This document shows positions 41,976-51,071 of a stretch of 64,000 bases of DNA, in pieces. The notes under the pieces are model-generated. The model was not told the DNA's origin. It was given only the letters and a program-made list of their open reading frames with translations, and did no database searches. This DNA comes from Planctomycetota bacterium (lineage in GTDB: Bacteria > Planctomycetota > SZUA-567 > H5-PLA8). The stretch's first letter is position 1. Each line of letters opens with the position of its first letter. Location of the stretch: assembly GCA_015075375.1 (NCBI GenBank), contig JABTUM010000002.1, positions 341,393-405,392 on the forward strand. The letters are read 5' to 3'. Position numbers and translations under genes: made by a program.

Positions 41976-42190
41976 GGCTTCAGCTCCAACGAGTCCAGGA
42001 TTCCGGTATTCTAGCCTTAGTTTTCAATGCTTGAACCATACATGTAACCCATTGATTTGAAGCAGGTTAAATCTATTTACGAAGCCGTTACACCGTAACG
42101 GAAGCGCGCCCCCTTATATAAGCGCCCACGGGAATACTTGGGGAGCTTCGAGGAGGCGCTATAATGCCAGTCACGATCGGGAGTGCGACG

Positions 42191-42877
42191 ATGCGGATTT
42201 TGGTGGTGGAGGACGAACCGGTTTTGCGCGACGGCATCGTCGATTTGCTCCGCGCGTCGGGATACGAAGTCGAGGCCGTTGGAGATGGCGCGGCCGCGGC
42301 GAAGCTGGGCGTGGACGAACCGTTCGATATGGTTTTGCTGGACTTGATGCTTCCGAAGCTCGACGGGCTGGAAGTCTGCCGGCGGCTCAAAACCGCGCGC
42401 CCGGCGCTTCCGGTAATCATGCTGACGGCGCGTGGCGCGGAAGAAGATAAAGTCCGCGGGCTCCGTTCGGGCGCGGACGACTACGTCACCAAGCCTTTTG
42501 GCGTCAAGGAACTACTCGCGCGGGTGCAGGCGCTGGCGCGGCGTTGCCAGATCGGCCAGGCCGAGCCCGAACGCGTGGAGGTGGACGGCTGCATACTGGA
42601 CTTGGGCCGCTGCGAAGTGTTGCGCGACGGGAAAGCGACGGTTCTTACGGCTCGGGAAGTGGGCATCCTGCGCTGGTTGCACCGGCACCGCGCGCGTGCC
42701 GTCAGCCGCGCCGAATTGCTGGAACACGTCTGGTGCGTGCCGGGCACGCTCGAGACGCGCACGGTGGATATGGCCGTCGCCAATCTGCGCCAGAAGATTG
42801 AGCGCGATCTGGCGCAACCGCGCATCGTCGTGAGCGTGAAGGGCATCGGCTACGCTTGGGGCGTAAAGGACGCATGA
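42191..42877 (+). CDS. OmpR-family two-component response regulator
   Basis: The receiver domain has MRILVVEDE, a phospho-acceptor D in VLLDLMLPKLDG, and a conserved K in YVTKPF. A C-terminal winged-helix DNA-binding domain is present. Confidence 0.9.
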   Translation: MRILVVEDEPVLRDGIVDLLRASGYEVEAVGDGAAAAKLGVDEPFDMVLLDLMLPKLDGLEVCRRLKTARPALPVIMLTARGAEEDKVRGLRSGADDYVTKPFGVKELLARVQALARRCQIGQAEPERVEVDGCILDLGRCEVLRDGKATVLTAREVGILRWLHRHRARAVSRAELLEHVWCVPGTLETRTVDMAVANLRQKIERDLAQPRIVVSVKGIGYAWGVKDA

Positions 42878-44865
42878 CGATCATGGCCTGGCAGCCCAGC
42901 CGGACGCTGGTCGCTTCATTGCTGACCGCCGCGGCCTTGGGGCTGCCGATCGCGGCGTGGTACATTACCGGCCGGCACGACCTGATCGAGCGGACTCAGC
43001 GCCTGACGCAGGAACAGCCGCGCCGGCTCGCGCGCCAAAAGGCGGTGGTGCTGGCCGAGCGCATCGCCACGCGGCTGCAGGCTTTGATCGAGAACGAGGT
43101 CAAGCGTCCCTTTTACTATTACAATAATCTGTACCACGATCCTAAAGGGGCGAGTGAAGGGCCTTCGGTGCAGCTTTCGCCGCTGGCGCAGGGCCCCAGC
43201 GAGCCGCTGATCGAAGCGTATTTCCAGATCGATCCGCAGAACCGCGTTTCGCTGCCCACCTTGAATCCGGTCGTGCCCGAAGGCAACGTCGCCATGGATC
43301 TGCCGCGCCAGAGGGAACTCTTGAGCGTGCTGGAGCCGGCCGCGGCTTCGTGCGTGGTCGCCTTGAACGGCAATCCGGCGGGATCCCCGTGGACGAGCGC
43401 GCCTTACCAGACCGCCGAACAGAGCGTTGCCGAGCCGCAACAGACCGCGAGCCAGCAGGAGGCGCAAGGACCGGAGCAGGTCAAGCAGGTTCAGGTCGAG
43501 AGCGCGGCTCCGCAACAGCCGGCGAGTTCGACTTCGTCTGCGCCGCAGCCGTCTCAAGAGCAGCAGCAGGCGATGCCGCAGCAGAACGCCTGGAACGGCA
43601 ATCGCTACGAGCAGAAGATCGACAACGACGCATGGGTCCAAATCCTGAATTCCAATTCGACCTACATCGATATTCAGTCGCGCAAGAACAAGCGCATCGG
43701 CGGCAAAGGCGATCCAGGGGATGCGCATACGGAGCCTCAAACCGCGATGCAGGGCGGGGAAGAGGTGGTGATTTACGAGAGCGATTTCGTGTGGCGGACG
43801 GTCCCGATCGAGTCCCGCGCGCGGCTGGTCGCGCTGCGGCAAGTGACCACGCCGCTGGGCGCGCTGACGCAGGGCATCTTGCTCTCCGAGGCCGAGGTGG
43901 ACCGGCTGCTGAAGCTGCCCGATCTGGCTTCGCGGGGTTCGGCGGTCATGGCGGCGTCGCTGCAAGCGGGACTCAGCCGGCTGCCGCATCACGCACCTTT
44001 GCCGATCGACGGCGCGCACTGGCACGTCGCGGTCGATCCGGCGCCCGCACTGGCCGCCGGCGAACAATACGCCTCGGAACTGGAATCCGAGTTCCTGTGG
44101 ACTTTCTGGTCGGGCGCGCTGATCGCGGTGCTTGCGGGCTGCTGCGTGGTGCTGCTGGTCAGCCAGTCCGAGCAACTGGCTCGTCAGCGCGCGCAATTCG
44201 CGGCCAGCGCCGCGCACGAATTGCGCACGCCGCTGGCCGGCATGCGCATGTACGGCGAGATGCTGGCCGAAGGCCTGGGCGATCCGGCCAAGACGCGCGA
44301 CTACGCGCGCCGCGTCGCGGACGAAGCGGAGCGCCTGGGGCGGGTGGTCGGCAACGTGCTGAATTTTTCGCGGCTTGAGCGCGGCGTGCTGGAAGTCGCG
44401 GCCGAACCCGGCGACTTAGTAGCCGCCGTGCAGGCCAGCGTCGAACGGATGCGCCCGGCGCTCGAACACTTGGGCGCCACGGTGGAGGTGCAGTCCAACG
44501 CCGCCACGCGAATCGCGCGCTTCGATCCCGAGGCGCTGCACCAGATTCTTCAAAACCTGATCGATAACGCCGAGAAGTACAGCCGGACCTCGAGCGACCG
44601 TTCGATCGGCATCAAGATCACGCCGGATGCGCACGGCGGCTTGGAGTTGGCGGTGGCCGATCGCGGTCCGGGCATCGATAAGGCGCTGCGCAAACGGCTC
44701 TTCCAGCCCTTCTCGCGCGGCTGCGGTGCCGACGCGCCCGCCGGTCTGGGCCTGGGACTGGCGCTGACCCAAGCGCTGGTGCACGCGCAAGGCGCCGGCA
44801 TTTCCTACCGCGAAGCGCCCGGCGGCGGCGCCTGCTTCGCCGTACGGTTCCCGGCGGTGAAGTAG
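42874..44865 (+). CDS. sensor histidine kinase (HisKA + HATPase_c) with a Q/P/S-rich periplasmic region
   Basis: Its ATG overlaps the response-regulator stop (ATGA). There are two TM segments. H-box SAAHELRTPLAGM, N-box QNLIDNAEKYS, G-boxes DRGPGI and GLGLGLAL. Confidence 0.85.
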   Translation: MTIMAWQPSRTLVASLLTAAALGLPIAAWYITGRHDLIERTQRLTQEQPRRLARQKAVVLAERIATRLQALIENEVKRPFYYYNNLYHDPKGASEGPSVQLSPLAQGPSEPLIEAYFQIDPQNRVSLPTLNPVVPEGNVAMDLPRQRELLSVLEPAAASCVVALNGNPAGSPWTSAPYQTAEQSVAEPQQTASQQEAQGPEQVKQVQVESAAPQQPASSTSSAPQPSQEQQQAMPQQNAWNGNRYEQKIDNDAWVQILNSNSTYIDIQSRKNKRIGGKGDPGDAHTEPQTAMQGGEEVVIYESDFVWRTVPIESRARLVALRQVTTPLGALTQGILLSEAEVDRLLKLPDLASRGSAVMAASLQAGLSRLPHHAPLPIDGAHWHVAVDPAPALAAGEQYASELESEFLWTFWSGALIAVLAGCCVVLLVSQSEQLARQRAQFAASAAHELRTPLAGMRMYGEMLAEGLGDPAKTRDYARRVADEAERLGRVVGNVLNFSRLERGVLEVAAEPGDLVAAVQASVERMRPALEHLGATVEVQSNAATRIARFDPEALHQILQNLIDNAEKYSRTSSDRSIGIKITPDAHGGLELAVADRGPGIDKALRKRLFQPFSRGCGADAPAGLGLGLALTQALVHAQGAGISYREAPGGGACFAVRFPAVK

Positions 44866-44904
44866 GAGCTCTGTTTCTCGTTGTAACACATGCAATGACC
44901 CGTA

Positions 44905-44932
44905 TTGACATTCATTTGAATGGATATACATT
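44905..44932 (+). promoter_or_regulatory. putative sigma70-like promoter (TTGACA ... TATACA) overlapping an inverted repeat cattca-tt-tgaatg; likely autoregulatory operator of the toxin-antitoxin cassette
   Basis: TTGACA is at 44905-44910. The palindrome is at 44908-44921 and a -10-like TATACA sits about 15 bp downstream. It is immediately upstream of the antitoxin start. Confidence 0.45.
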
Positions 44933-44957
44933 GGATCCACGGATGAGGATATTCGCC

Positions 44958-45185
44958 ATGGTTAAGACACTTACCAAGCACGGCAACAGTTACGCCTTGA
45001 TCATCGATCGCGCCATTTTGGATCTGCTCAAGATCACGTCCGAGACGCCGTTGGAGATTTCCACGGACGGGCAGTGTTTGACGATCGCGCCCGTTCGAGA
45101 CGACGCGCACCGCGCCAAGTTCAAGAAGGCCATGGGCGACGTGAATCGAAAGTACGCCCGGGCGCTCAAGAAGCTGGCCGAGTGA
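44958..45185 (+). CDS. AbrB/MazE (SpoVT-AbrB)-type antitoxin
   Basis: 75 aa. MVKTLTKHGNSYALIIDRAILDLLKI is the swapped-hairpin AbrB/MazE fold signature. Low GC. It lies directly upstream of a Doc/Fic toxin gene. Confidence 0.7.
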   Translation: MVKTLTKHGNSYALIIDRAILDLLKITSETPLEISTDGQCLTIAPVRDDAHRAKFKKAMGDVNRKYARALKKLAE

Positions 45186-45188
45186 GCC

Positions 45189-45584
45189 ATGCCTCCCGTT
45201 TTTCTCAAGCTCGAAGAGGTCCTGGAAATCCATCAGGATCAGACCGAACGGTACGGCGGAGACGCCGGTATCCGTGATTTGGGCTTGTTGCAATCGGCGG
45301 TAGCCATGCCGCAGGCTACTTTCGGTGGGCAGTTTTTGCACGAAGACCTGTACGCCATGGCTTCCGCATACCTGTATCACATCGTCCAGAATCATCCATT
45401 CTTGGATGGTAATAAGCGAACGGGAACGGTTGCAGCGCTGGTTTTTTTGGAAATGAACGACGTGCCCGTGGATATTCCGGAGCCTGAGTTAGTGGATTTC
45501 GTGCTCTTGGTCGCCACTGGAAATACGGACAAGCCGCAAATCGCCCGGTTCTTACGGGAACACGCGGCCCCGTCTATCTCATAG
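45189..45584 (+). CDS. doc: Doc (death-on-curing) / Fic-family toxin
   Basis: 131 aa. The Fic motif is HPFLDGNKRTG (HxFx[D/N]GNKR), and the sequence ERYGGDAGIRDLGLLQSAVAMPQATFGGQFLHEDLY fits Doc. It starts 3 nt after the antitoxin stop. Confidence 0.8.
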   Translation: MPPVFLKLEEVLEIHQDQTERYGGDAGIRDLGLLQSAVAMPQATFGGQFLHEDLYAMASAYLYHIVQNHPFLDGNKRTGTVAALVFLEMNDVPVDIPEPELVDFVLLVATGNTDKPQIARFLREHAAPSIS

Positions 45585-45592
45585 AAGTACGC

Positions 45593-45667
45593 ATGGCTCC
45601 CCGGGAAGGATTCGAACCTTCAACCCTGCGGTTAACAGCCGCATGCTCTACCATTGAGCTACCGGGG
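45593..45667 (-). tRNA. tRNA-Asn (anticodon GTT), CCA encoded
   Basis: The reverse complement folds as a cloverleaf. The acceptor is TCCCCGG/CCGGGGA. The D arm is GCTC-AATGGTA-GAGC. The anticodon stem is TGCGG/CCGCA with loop CTGTTAA. The T arm is GAAGG-TTCGAAT-CCTTC, with discriminator G and CCA. Confidence 0.85.
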
Positions 45668-45816
45668 AACCGGCACGGACGGCCAGGACGGCCGCCGCTC
45701 ATGGCGTGAAGCGTCCTATTTAGGACATGAGCCGACGATGTCAAGCGCAAGGGAACGAGTTCGCGCCCACTCAGGGTGCGAACTCGTCTTGAGGTTAGCG
45801 TTTTCGAAGTCGGCGC

Positions 45817-46653
45817 TTACTTGGCCGGAGCTTGGGCCTGCTTGGCCTTTTCCTGGAACTGCTTGGCGCGCTCCTGGCGCGGCGCGGCTTTGACTTCGTT
45901 CCAGGGAAAGCGACGCGGCGTCTCGCGCTTCTTGGCATCGAGCCCGAAGCCCAGGATCAGCGCGCGGCGCGGCTGGTTCGTGCGGTTGGGGCCGGCGTAA
46001 TGCAGCGTGCCGTTGAGGTGGAACGTGGCGCCGCCGGCGGGAATCGGGCAGGCCACCGCGTTACGCGTATGCCGTTCCGCGTCGACCAACTCCAGCCCGT
46101 GAATGCGCGTGTCCCCGCCGATGCAGCGGTGGGGCAGAACCTCCAGCTTGTGGCTGCCCGGCACGAACCAGAGGCACCCGTTCTCCACGGTCGCGTCCTG
46201 CAAGGGAATCCAGACGCTCAGCGAGCGGTAGACCAGGTCCGGACCCCAGTACGCTTCGTCCTGGTGCCAAGGCGTGGGCACTCCGTGCCCGGCGGGCTTC
46301 AGGATGGCGTGGCTGCCGCGATCCATGCAGCCTTCGCCCAATAGCTGTTGCGCCACCGCGCGCGCATTCACCCGCGCCAGCATGTCGGCCAGTTCCGGCG
46401 CGTACTTCATCGGGTTCAGAATCTGCGGGAGTCCTTCCTGCTTGCCGTCCTCGTCGCTTCCGCCCAGATCGAACTGATTGCCTTCCTCGCGCCCGGCCTT
46501 CTGCGCGAAGATGCGGTCGTAGGTCGATTGGAGCCGTTCGACGTCCGCCCGCGTCGTGATCGCATCCAGCGCCAGGAATCCGTTGGTGTGGAAGAAGTCG
46601 ATCTGCGCCTGAGTGACCGTCACGGTGGGCTTGACCTCGAGCACGGCGTTCAT
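45817..46653 (-). CDS. phytanoyl-CoA dioxygenase (PhyH)-family Fe(II)/2-oxoglutarate oxygenase
   Basis: Start at MNAVLEV. Contains the HxD...H facial triad context (PWHQDEAYWG ... TLHYAGPN) typical of the PhyH family. Confidence 0.75.
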   Translation of the reverse strand: MNAVLEVKPTVTVTQAQIDFFHTNGFLALDAITTRADVERLQSTYDRIFAQKAGREEGNQFDLGGSDEDGKQEGLPQILNPMKYAPELADMLARVNARAVAQQLLGEGCMDRGSHAILKPAGHGVPTPWHQDEAYWGPDLVYRSLSVWIPLQDATVENGCLWFVPGSHKLEVLPHRCIGGDTRIHGLELVDAERHTRNAVACPIPAGGATFHLNGTLHYAGPNRTNQPRRALILGFGLDAKKRETPRRFPWNEVKAAPRQERAKQFQEKAKQAQAPAK

Positions 46654-46948
46654 CGGGTTCTCCTCGCGGGTACCGGCGGCCAGCCTGTACACACGATCAA
46701 GATACAACCGGCCGGCCCGCGCGGCGTGCACGGCCCGCCATCATAGGATCGTGTACATCGGGTTCGGAGCGCTGTGTACGACGAACGGGGCCGCCCCGGC
46801 GCCTGGTACGCCAAGCATGGCTACGCGGGATCGGGTGAACGGCGCCAGGCGGATGGTGGCTTCGGGTGCGAAGACGTTGAGCGATTGCGGCATCGAGTCT
46901 TGGAAGTTGACCTTCCTGGCGCGCTAGGCGTCCGGGCGGTCAATCCCG

Positions 46949-49900
46949 TTACTCGAAGACCGTGATGGTCACCGTCACGAAGCCCAGGTTGTCTTTGTGA
47001 GCCGTGTCGTTGGCTTGTACGAAGAGCTTCCCGCCTTCTTCGATGGCGCCGTTCCACTTCTTGCCCACCAGGGTGATGCCGCCATCGCCGCCCCCCCGCT
47101 TGACCAGCAGCGACATGGCCGGCCATTCGCCCAGCGGTTCCTTGGCGCCTTCGGGGCCGACGGGCGGGTTGCGCGGCCCTTGGCTCCACTGGCCTTCGGC
47201 CACGATCTCGACCTGTTGGCCCGCGTTTACGACCACCTTGGTGTCCTGCCAGCGCAGGTTGCCGTGGGCGTAGAGCTGCACGCGCTGCTTGATCTTCCGT
47301 TCGGCCGGCGGTGGAGCGGGCGCCGGCGCGGCCACCGGGGTATCCGGAGCGGGCGGCGGAGGATTGGGCCCCGGCGGCGGCGCCGCGACGGCCATTTGCG
47401 CCGGAACCGTGCGGACGCTGGCCGGATCCTTCAGCGCCTGCGCCACCCACTCGGCCTGCAGCTTGCCCGAAATCGTGACCTTGCCGTACGACGCGTCCAG
47501 CGTGCACATCAGGCCCCAGCGGTTGTGCGTATCCGCGCCGGGCGGCTGCTGGTCGGGGTAGCGGATCAATTCCTGCCCTTGGCAGACCAACAGCGTGTCC
47601 TTGCCGTCGAAGCCGATCTCCACCTGAACCGGTTCGCGGTTGGGCGGAAGCACGAACGGCTTGCGATAGACTTCCGTGCCCAGGCGGAAGATCCGGGCCA
47701 GCTCCTTGGAGCCGACATCGATGTACAGGCCCTGCTTCCAACACTCCTTCGGATCCACGGTCTGGACCTGGTTATTCAGCATCGCGCCGACGCGCTGAAT
47801 CGACCGGCCCGTGAAGGCGAGCTTGATGGGCGGCTGCCAGCAGGCCATGTGGTACACGGCGCCCAGGTTCTCTTCGCGGCCGGTGAAGAATTGCAGCTCG
47901 TTGGCCAGCACGCGCACGCCGCCAAAGCGGTACGGGAAATCCTCAAGCTGCGCGGCGTCGGTCCAGTCGTACTCCAGTTGTACGCGTCCGTCGCCCAGTT
48001 CGGTGAACTTGCCTTTGAAGAGCTTGGCCAACCCGGTAAGCGCCGGTGCGGCCGCGGCGGGCAGCTTTTGCTTCAACGCGGCGATCTGGGCGGCCTGTTT
48101 GGCCACTACGGGGTGGTTCTTCAAGCCGGGGTCTTCGAGCGCCGCGAGCGACTTGGCCGCTTCGTCCCAGCGTTCGTTGGCGACCGCTTCCTGAAGCTTC
48201 TTGATCGCTTCGGCGGCAAGCTGCGCCTGCGGATCGCGGCTCAACTGCACCAGCACGGGCGTCCAGAGCGCCGCGCGGCGCTTGAGGTGCTCGTTGCCCT
48301 GGTCCTGCATGCGCTGAAGCAGGAGCAGCGCTTGATCGGGCTCGCCCAGTAAGGCCAGCAACCCGGCCAGTGCTTCGGCCTTCTCGAGCGGCACCGCGCG
48401 CAGGCCGGCGACCGCGCCGTCGCCCTGCAAACCGGCCAAATAGAAGAGATCCGGCCACGGCGCGCGCTCGACCGCCATGTTGGAGACCTGGGGGAATTCG
48501 GGGTACGGGCGGTAGTGCAGGCGCCCGTTCTCGAGCTTGTAGTAGACCGATTTGCCGCCGGGCGGCGTCATGCCCTTCTCGCCCGCAGCGCTCAAGCGCT
48601 TGCCCGCCAACCCCACCACCACCTCCACGCCTTCCAGCGCCGCGGGCAGTGCTTCCACCGCGTCCCGCCGGGCCGCGAGGTTCGAATCCGCCAGCGCGCG
48701 CCGCATTTCCGTCTGCGCGGCGTCGAACTCGCGCTTCTCCAGCGCTTCGCCCAGCTTGGCCAGCAGTTCCCCGAATTTTTCTTGAGCCAGCTTTTCCGCG
48801 GCGGCCAGGCGCTCGGCCACCTTCGCCTTGGCTTCGCCCTGTTTGGCCCGCGCTTCCTGTACCGTCGGCTGGTATTTGAACGCCGCCGCCCGTTCGTAGG
48901 CCGCGACCGCTTCGTCCCATTTGCCCGCCGCCGCCAGTTCGCCCGCCGCCGCCAGTTCCTTCTGCCCGGCCTGTACAGCCTGCGCGACGATCTCCTGCCG
49001 CGCGCGCTCCAGGATCGCTTGCGCGGGTTCGAGCTGCAGTTTGGAGTCGAGCGTGCCCAAGTGAGCCAGCGCGGCGTCGAAATCGGATCCCGCCGCACGC
49101 GCGCGCGCTTCGGCGGCGATGCTTTCGGCTTGCTGTACCGCGAAGGCCCCGCGCTGCTCGCCCAGCGCCTTGAGCTTCTGTTCGGCCATCTGCCCCAGCG
49201 CGTGATCCCCGCCGGCGGCGATTTTCAGATCCAGCCAGGCCCGTTCGCGCGCGGTGAAATCTTGAGCCGCACCCTGGTCGAGTTTCAGCGCGGCTTCCTT
49301 CTGCGCGTCCAGCCGCGCCAGCCGCTCCACTTCGGCCTGTTTGGTTTCTTCCTGCGCCTTCAGCCGGGCGATCTCTTCGGGAGACGGACCCTTCTCGCCG
49401 GGCGGATTCGCCGCGTCCGGCGACTTGTTCGCTTCGGGATTCGTCTGCTTGGCGGTCGTCGAGTTCGCCGGAGCCCCCGATCCGCCCGAAAACAAAGCGA
49501 CCAGGCCGCCCAGGAGCACCACGCCGGCAATCGCCATCGGGATCATGGGCAAGCGCTTCGGCGCAGTCTTGCCGTCTTCGGACTCGCGCCGCGCGCCGAT
49601 CGCCCCGGCCGGCTTGGTCGTGACCTTGCCGCGCGGGCCGGTCGTGCCCAGCTTGGACGTGATCGGCCCCACCGGCCCGGTGCTCTTGCCGCGCGCGCCT
49701 TTCAGCTTGATCAGCTTTGGATTGTTCCCCGCCAGCACGGCGCTCAAGTCGTCGGCCAGCGCTTCCCCGTTCGGGTAGCGCTCTTCGGGCTTCTTCGCCA
49801 TCAGCTTCTTGACGATCTCGCTCACTTCGTAAGGCAGATCCGGCGCCAGCGCCTGCGGATCGGGCACCGGCTGCGTCAGGTGCTTGCTCATGATCACCGC

Positions 49901-50812
49901 CGAGCTTTCGCCCTCGTACGGCGGCTTGCCGGTCAGCAGGTGATAAAGCGTTCCGCCCAGGCAGTAGAGGTCGCACGCGCCGGTGAGGTTTTGTTCGCCG
50001 CGCGCCTGTTCGGGCGAAAGGTAGTACGGCGTGCCCAGCGCGGAACCGACCTCGGTGCGGTGGCCTTCCTCGTCTTCCAGCGCCCGCGCCAGCCCCAGGT
50101 CCATCACCTTGACGGTGAGCCCTTGGCGGGCGCTCGCGGGCTTGACCAGCATCAGGTTCGCCGGCTTGATGTCGCGGTGGATCACGTTGCGGTGATGCGC
50201 ATGCGCCAAGGCCAGCGAAGTCTGCCGGCCGATCTCCAGCACATCCTGCAGCGGCAGCTTGCCTTCGCGCTTAAGCCGGTCCTGGACCGTCTCGCCGTCG
50301 ATGAACTCCATGGCGAAGTAGTTGATGCCTTGATCTTCGCCGACGTCGATGCCCTGGACGATGTTGGGATGATTCAGCGCCGCGCTGGCCCGCGCCTCAC
50401 GCACGAAGCGTTCGACGAACTGCTTGTTCTTGGCCAGCTTGGGCGGCAGGATCTTCAAGGCCACGATGCGGTCGAGCGACTTCTGGCGCACCTTGAAGAC
50501 CGCGCCCATCGCGCCCTGTCCGACCTTCTCGATGATCTCGAACCCGGCCAGTTCCTTGAGCTTCGGCTTCGCGCCTTCGGCCGCCGGAGCCTCGGTGTTG
50601 CTGCGTTTTTTGGCTTCTTCGCGCACCTGCTTCACCTGTTCCGCGGTCAGCGAGCCCTTCTGGACGCAGATCTCCAGATAATCCTTCTCCAAGCCCGTGG
50701 TGGCCGCCACATGCTCCTGCAAGCGCGCCATCTGTTCCGCTTTCGCCTTGGAAAGCAGACCCAGCTGCACGCACAAGGTCTTGTAGGGTTCGGGGCTAAC
50801 CGTGGACGCCAT
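46949..50812 (-). CDS. Ser/Thr protein kinase (Hanks-type) with a long coiled-coil/TPR-like region and C-terminal beta-sandwich (LamG/lectin-like) domains
   Basis: Start at MASTVSPEP. Kinase motifs are GAMGAVFKV, VALKIL, HRDIKPANLML, DLGLA and GTPYYLSPEQ. There is a TM segment around residue 450, then about 500 aa of helical repeats, then beta-rich C-terminal domains. Confidence 0.85.
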   Translation of the reverse strand: MASTVSPEPYKTLCVQLGLLSKAKAEQMARLQEHVAATTGLEKDYLEICVQKGSLTAEQVKQVREEAKKRSNTEAPAAEGAKPKLKELAGFEIIEKVGQGAMGAVFKVRQKSLDRIVALKILPPKLAKNKQFVERFVREARASAALNHPNIVQGIDVGEDQGINYFAMEFIDGETVQDRLKREGKLPLQDVLEIGRQTSLALAHAHHRNVIHRDIKPANLMLVKPASARQGLTVKVMDLGLARALEDEEGHRTEVGSALGTPYYLSPEQARGEQNLTGACDLYCLGGTLYHLLTGKPPYEGESSAVIMSKHLTQPVPDPQALAPDLPYEVSEIVKKLMAKKPEERYPNGEALADDLSAVLAGNNPKLIKLKGARGKSTGPVGPITSKLGTTGPRGKVTTKPAGAIGARRESEDGKTAPKRLPMIPMAIAGVVLLGGLVALFSGGSGAPANSTTAKQTNPEANKSPDAANPPGEKGPSPEEIARLKAQEETKQAEVERLARLDAQKEAALKLDQGAAQDFTARERAWLDLKIAAGGDHALGQMAEQKLKALGEQRGAFAVQQAESIAAEARARAAGSDFDAALAHLGTLDSKLQLEPAQAILERARQEIVAQAVQAGQKELAAAGELAAAGKWDEAVAAYERAAAFKYQPTVQEARAKQGEAKAKVAERLAAAEKLAQEKFGELLAKLGEALEKREFDAAQTEMRRALADSNLAARRDAVEALPAALEGVEVVVGLAGKRLSAAGEKGMTPPGGKSVYYKLENGRLHYRPYPEFPQVSNMAVERAPWPDLFYLAGLQGDGAVAGLRAVPLEKAEALAGLLALLGEPDQALLLLQRMQDQGNEHLKRRAALWTPVLVQLSRDPQAQLAAEAIKKLQEAVANERWDEAAKSLAALEDPGLKNHPVVAKQAAQIAALKQKLPAAAAPALTGLAKLFKGKFTELGDGRVQLEYDWTDAAQLEDFPYRFGGVRVLANELQFFTGREENLGAVYHMACWQPPIKLAFTGRSIQRVGAMLNNQVQTVDPKECWKQGLYIDVGSKELARIFRLGTEVYRKPFVLPPNREPVQVEIGFDGKDTLLVCQGQELIRYPDQQPPGADTHNRWGLMCTLDASYGKVTISGKLQAEWVAQALKDPASVRTVPAQMAVAAPPPGPNPPPPAPDTPVAAPAPAPPPAERKIKQRVQLYAHGNLRWQDTKVVVNAGQQVEIVAEGQWSQGPRNPPVGPEGAKEPLGEWPAMSLLVKRGGGDGGITLVGKKWNGAIEEGGKLFVQANDTAHKDNLGFVTVTITVFE

Positions 50813-51071
50813 GGCGAAGAGGTTGGCTCCTTGCGGGTTACGCACCCTGTTTCCACGCCCTGCGGGCAGGCATGGGAGGTGTCCGTTAGACGGACGACGC
50901 ACCTCGTGGACTGCAATATCTGCACGCTGTGTTCCGGCTGGCTAATCTATAGACGCAGCAGGTACCCGGCAAGCGCCAGGAAAGCGCGAATAAATCTGCC
51001 CGACTCCAGATCGGGTAATTCCCTGTAAGTGCTAACCCATTGAGGGTTAACACGTTTAGACGGACGGCCCG

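Noticed and set aside
45668-45816. Imperfect hairpin acgagttcgcgcc...ggtgcgaactcgt as a terminator for the PhyH-family gene.
   Set aside because: It has one mismatch and no adjacent T-run on the appropriate strand, so it was not called.
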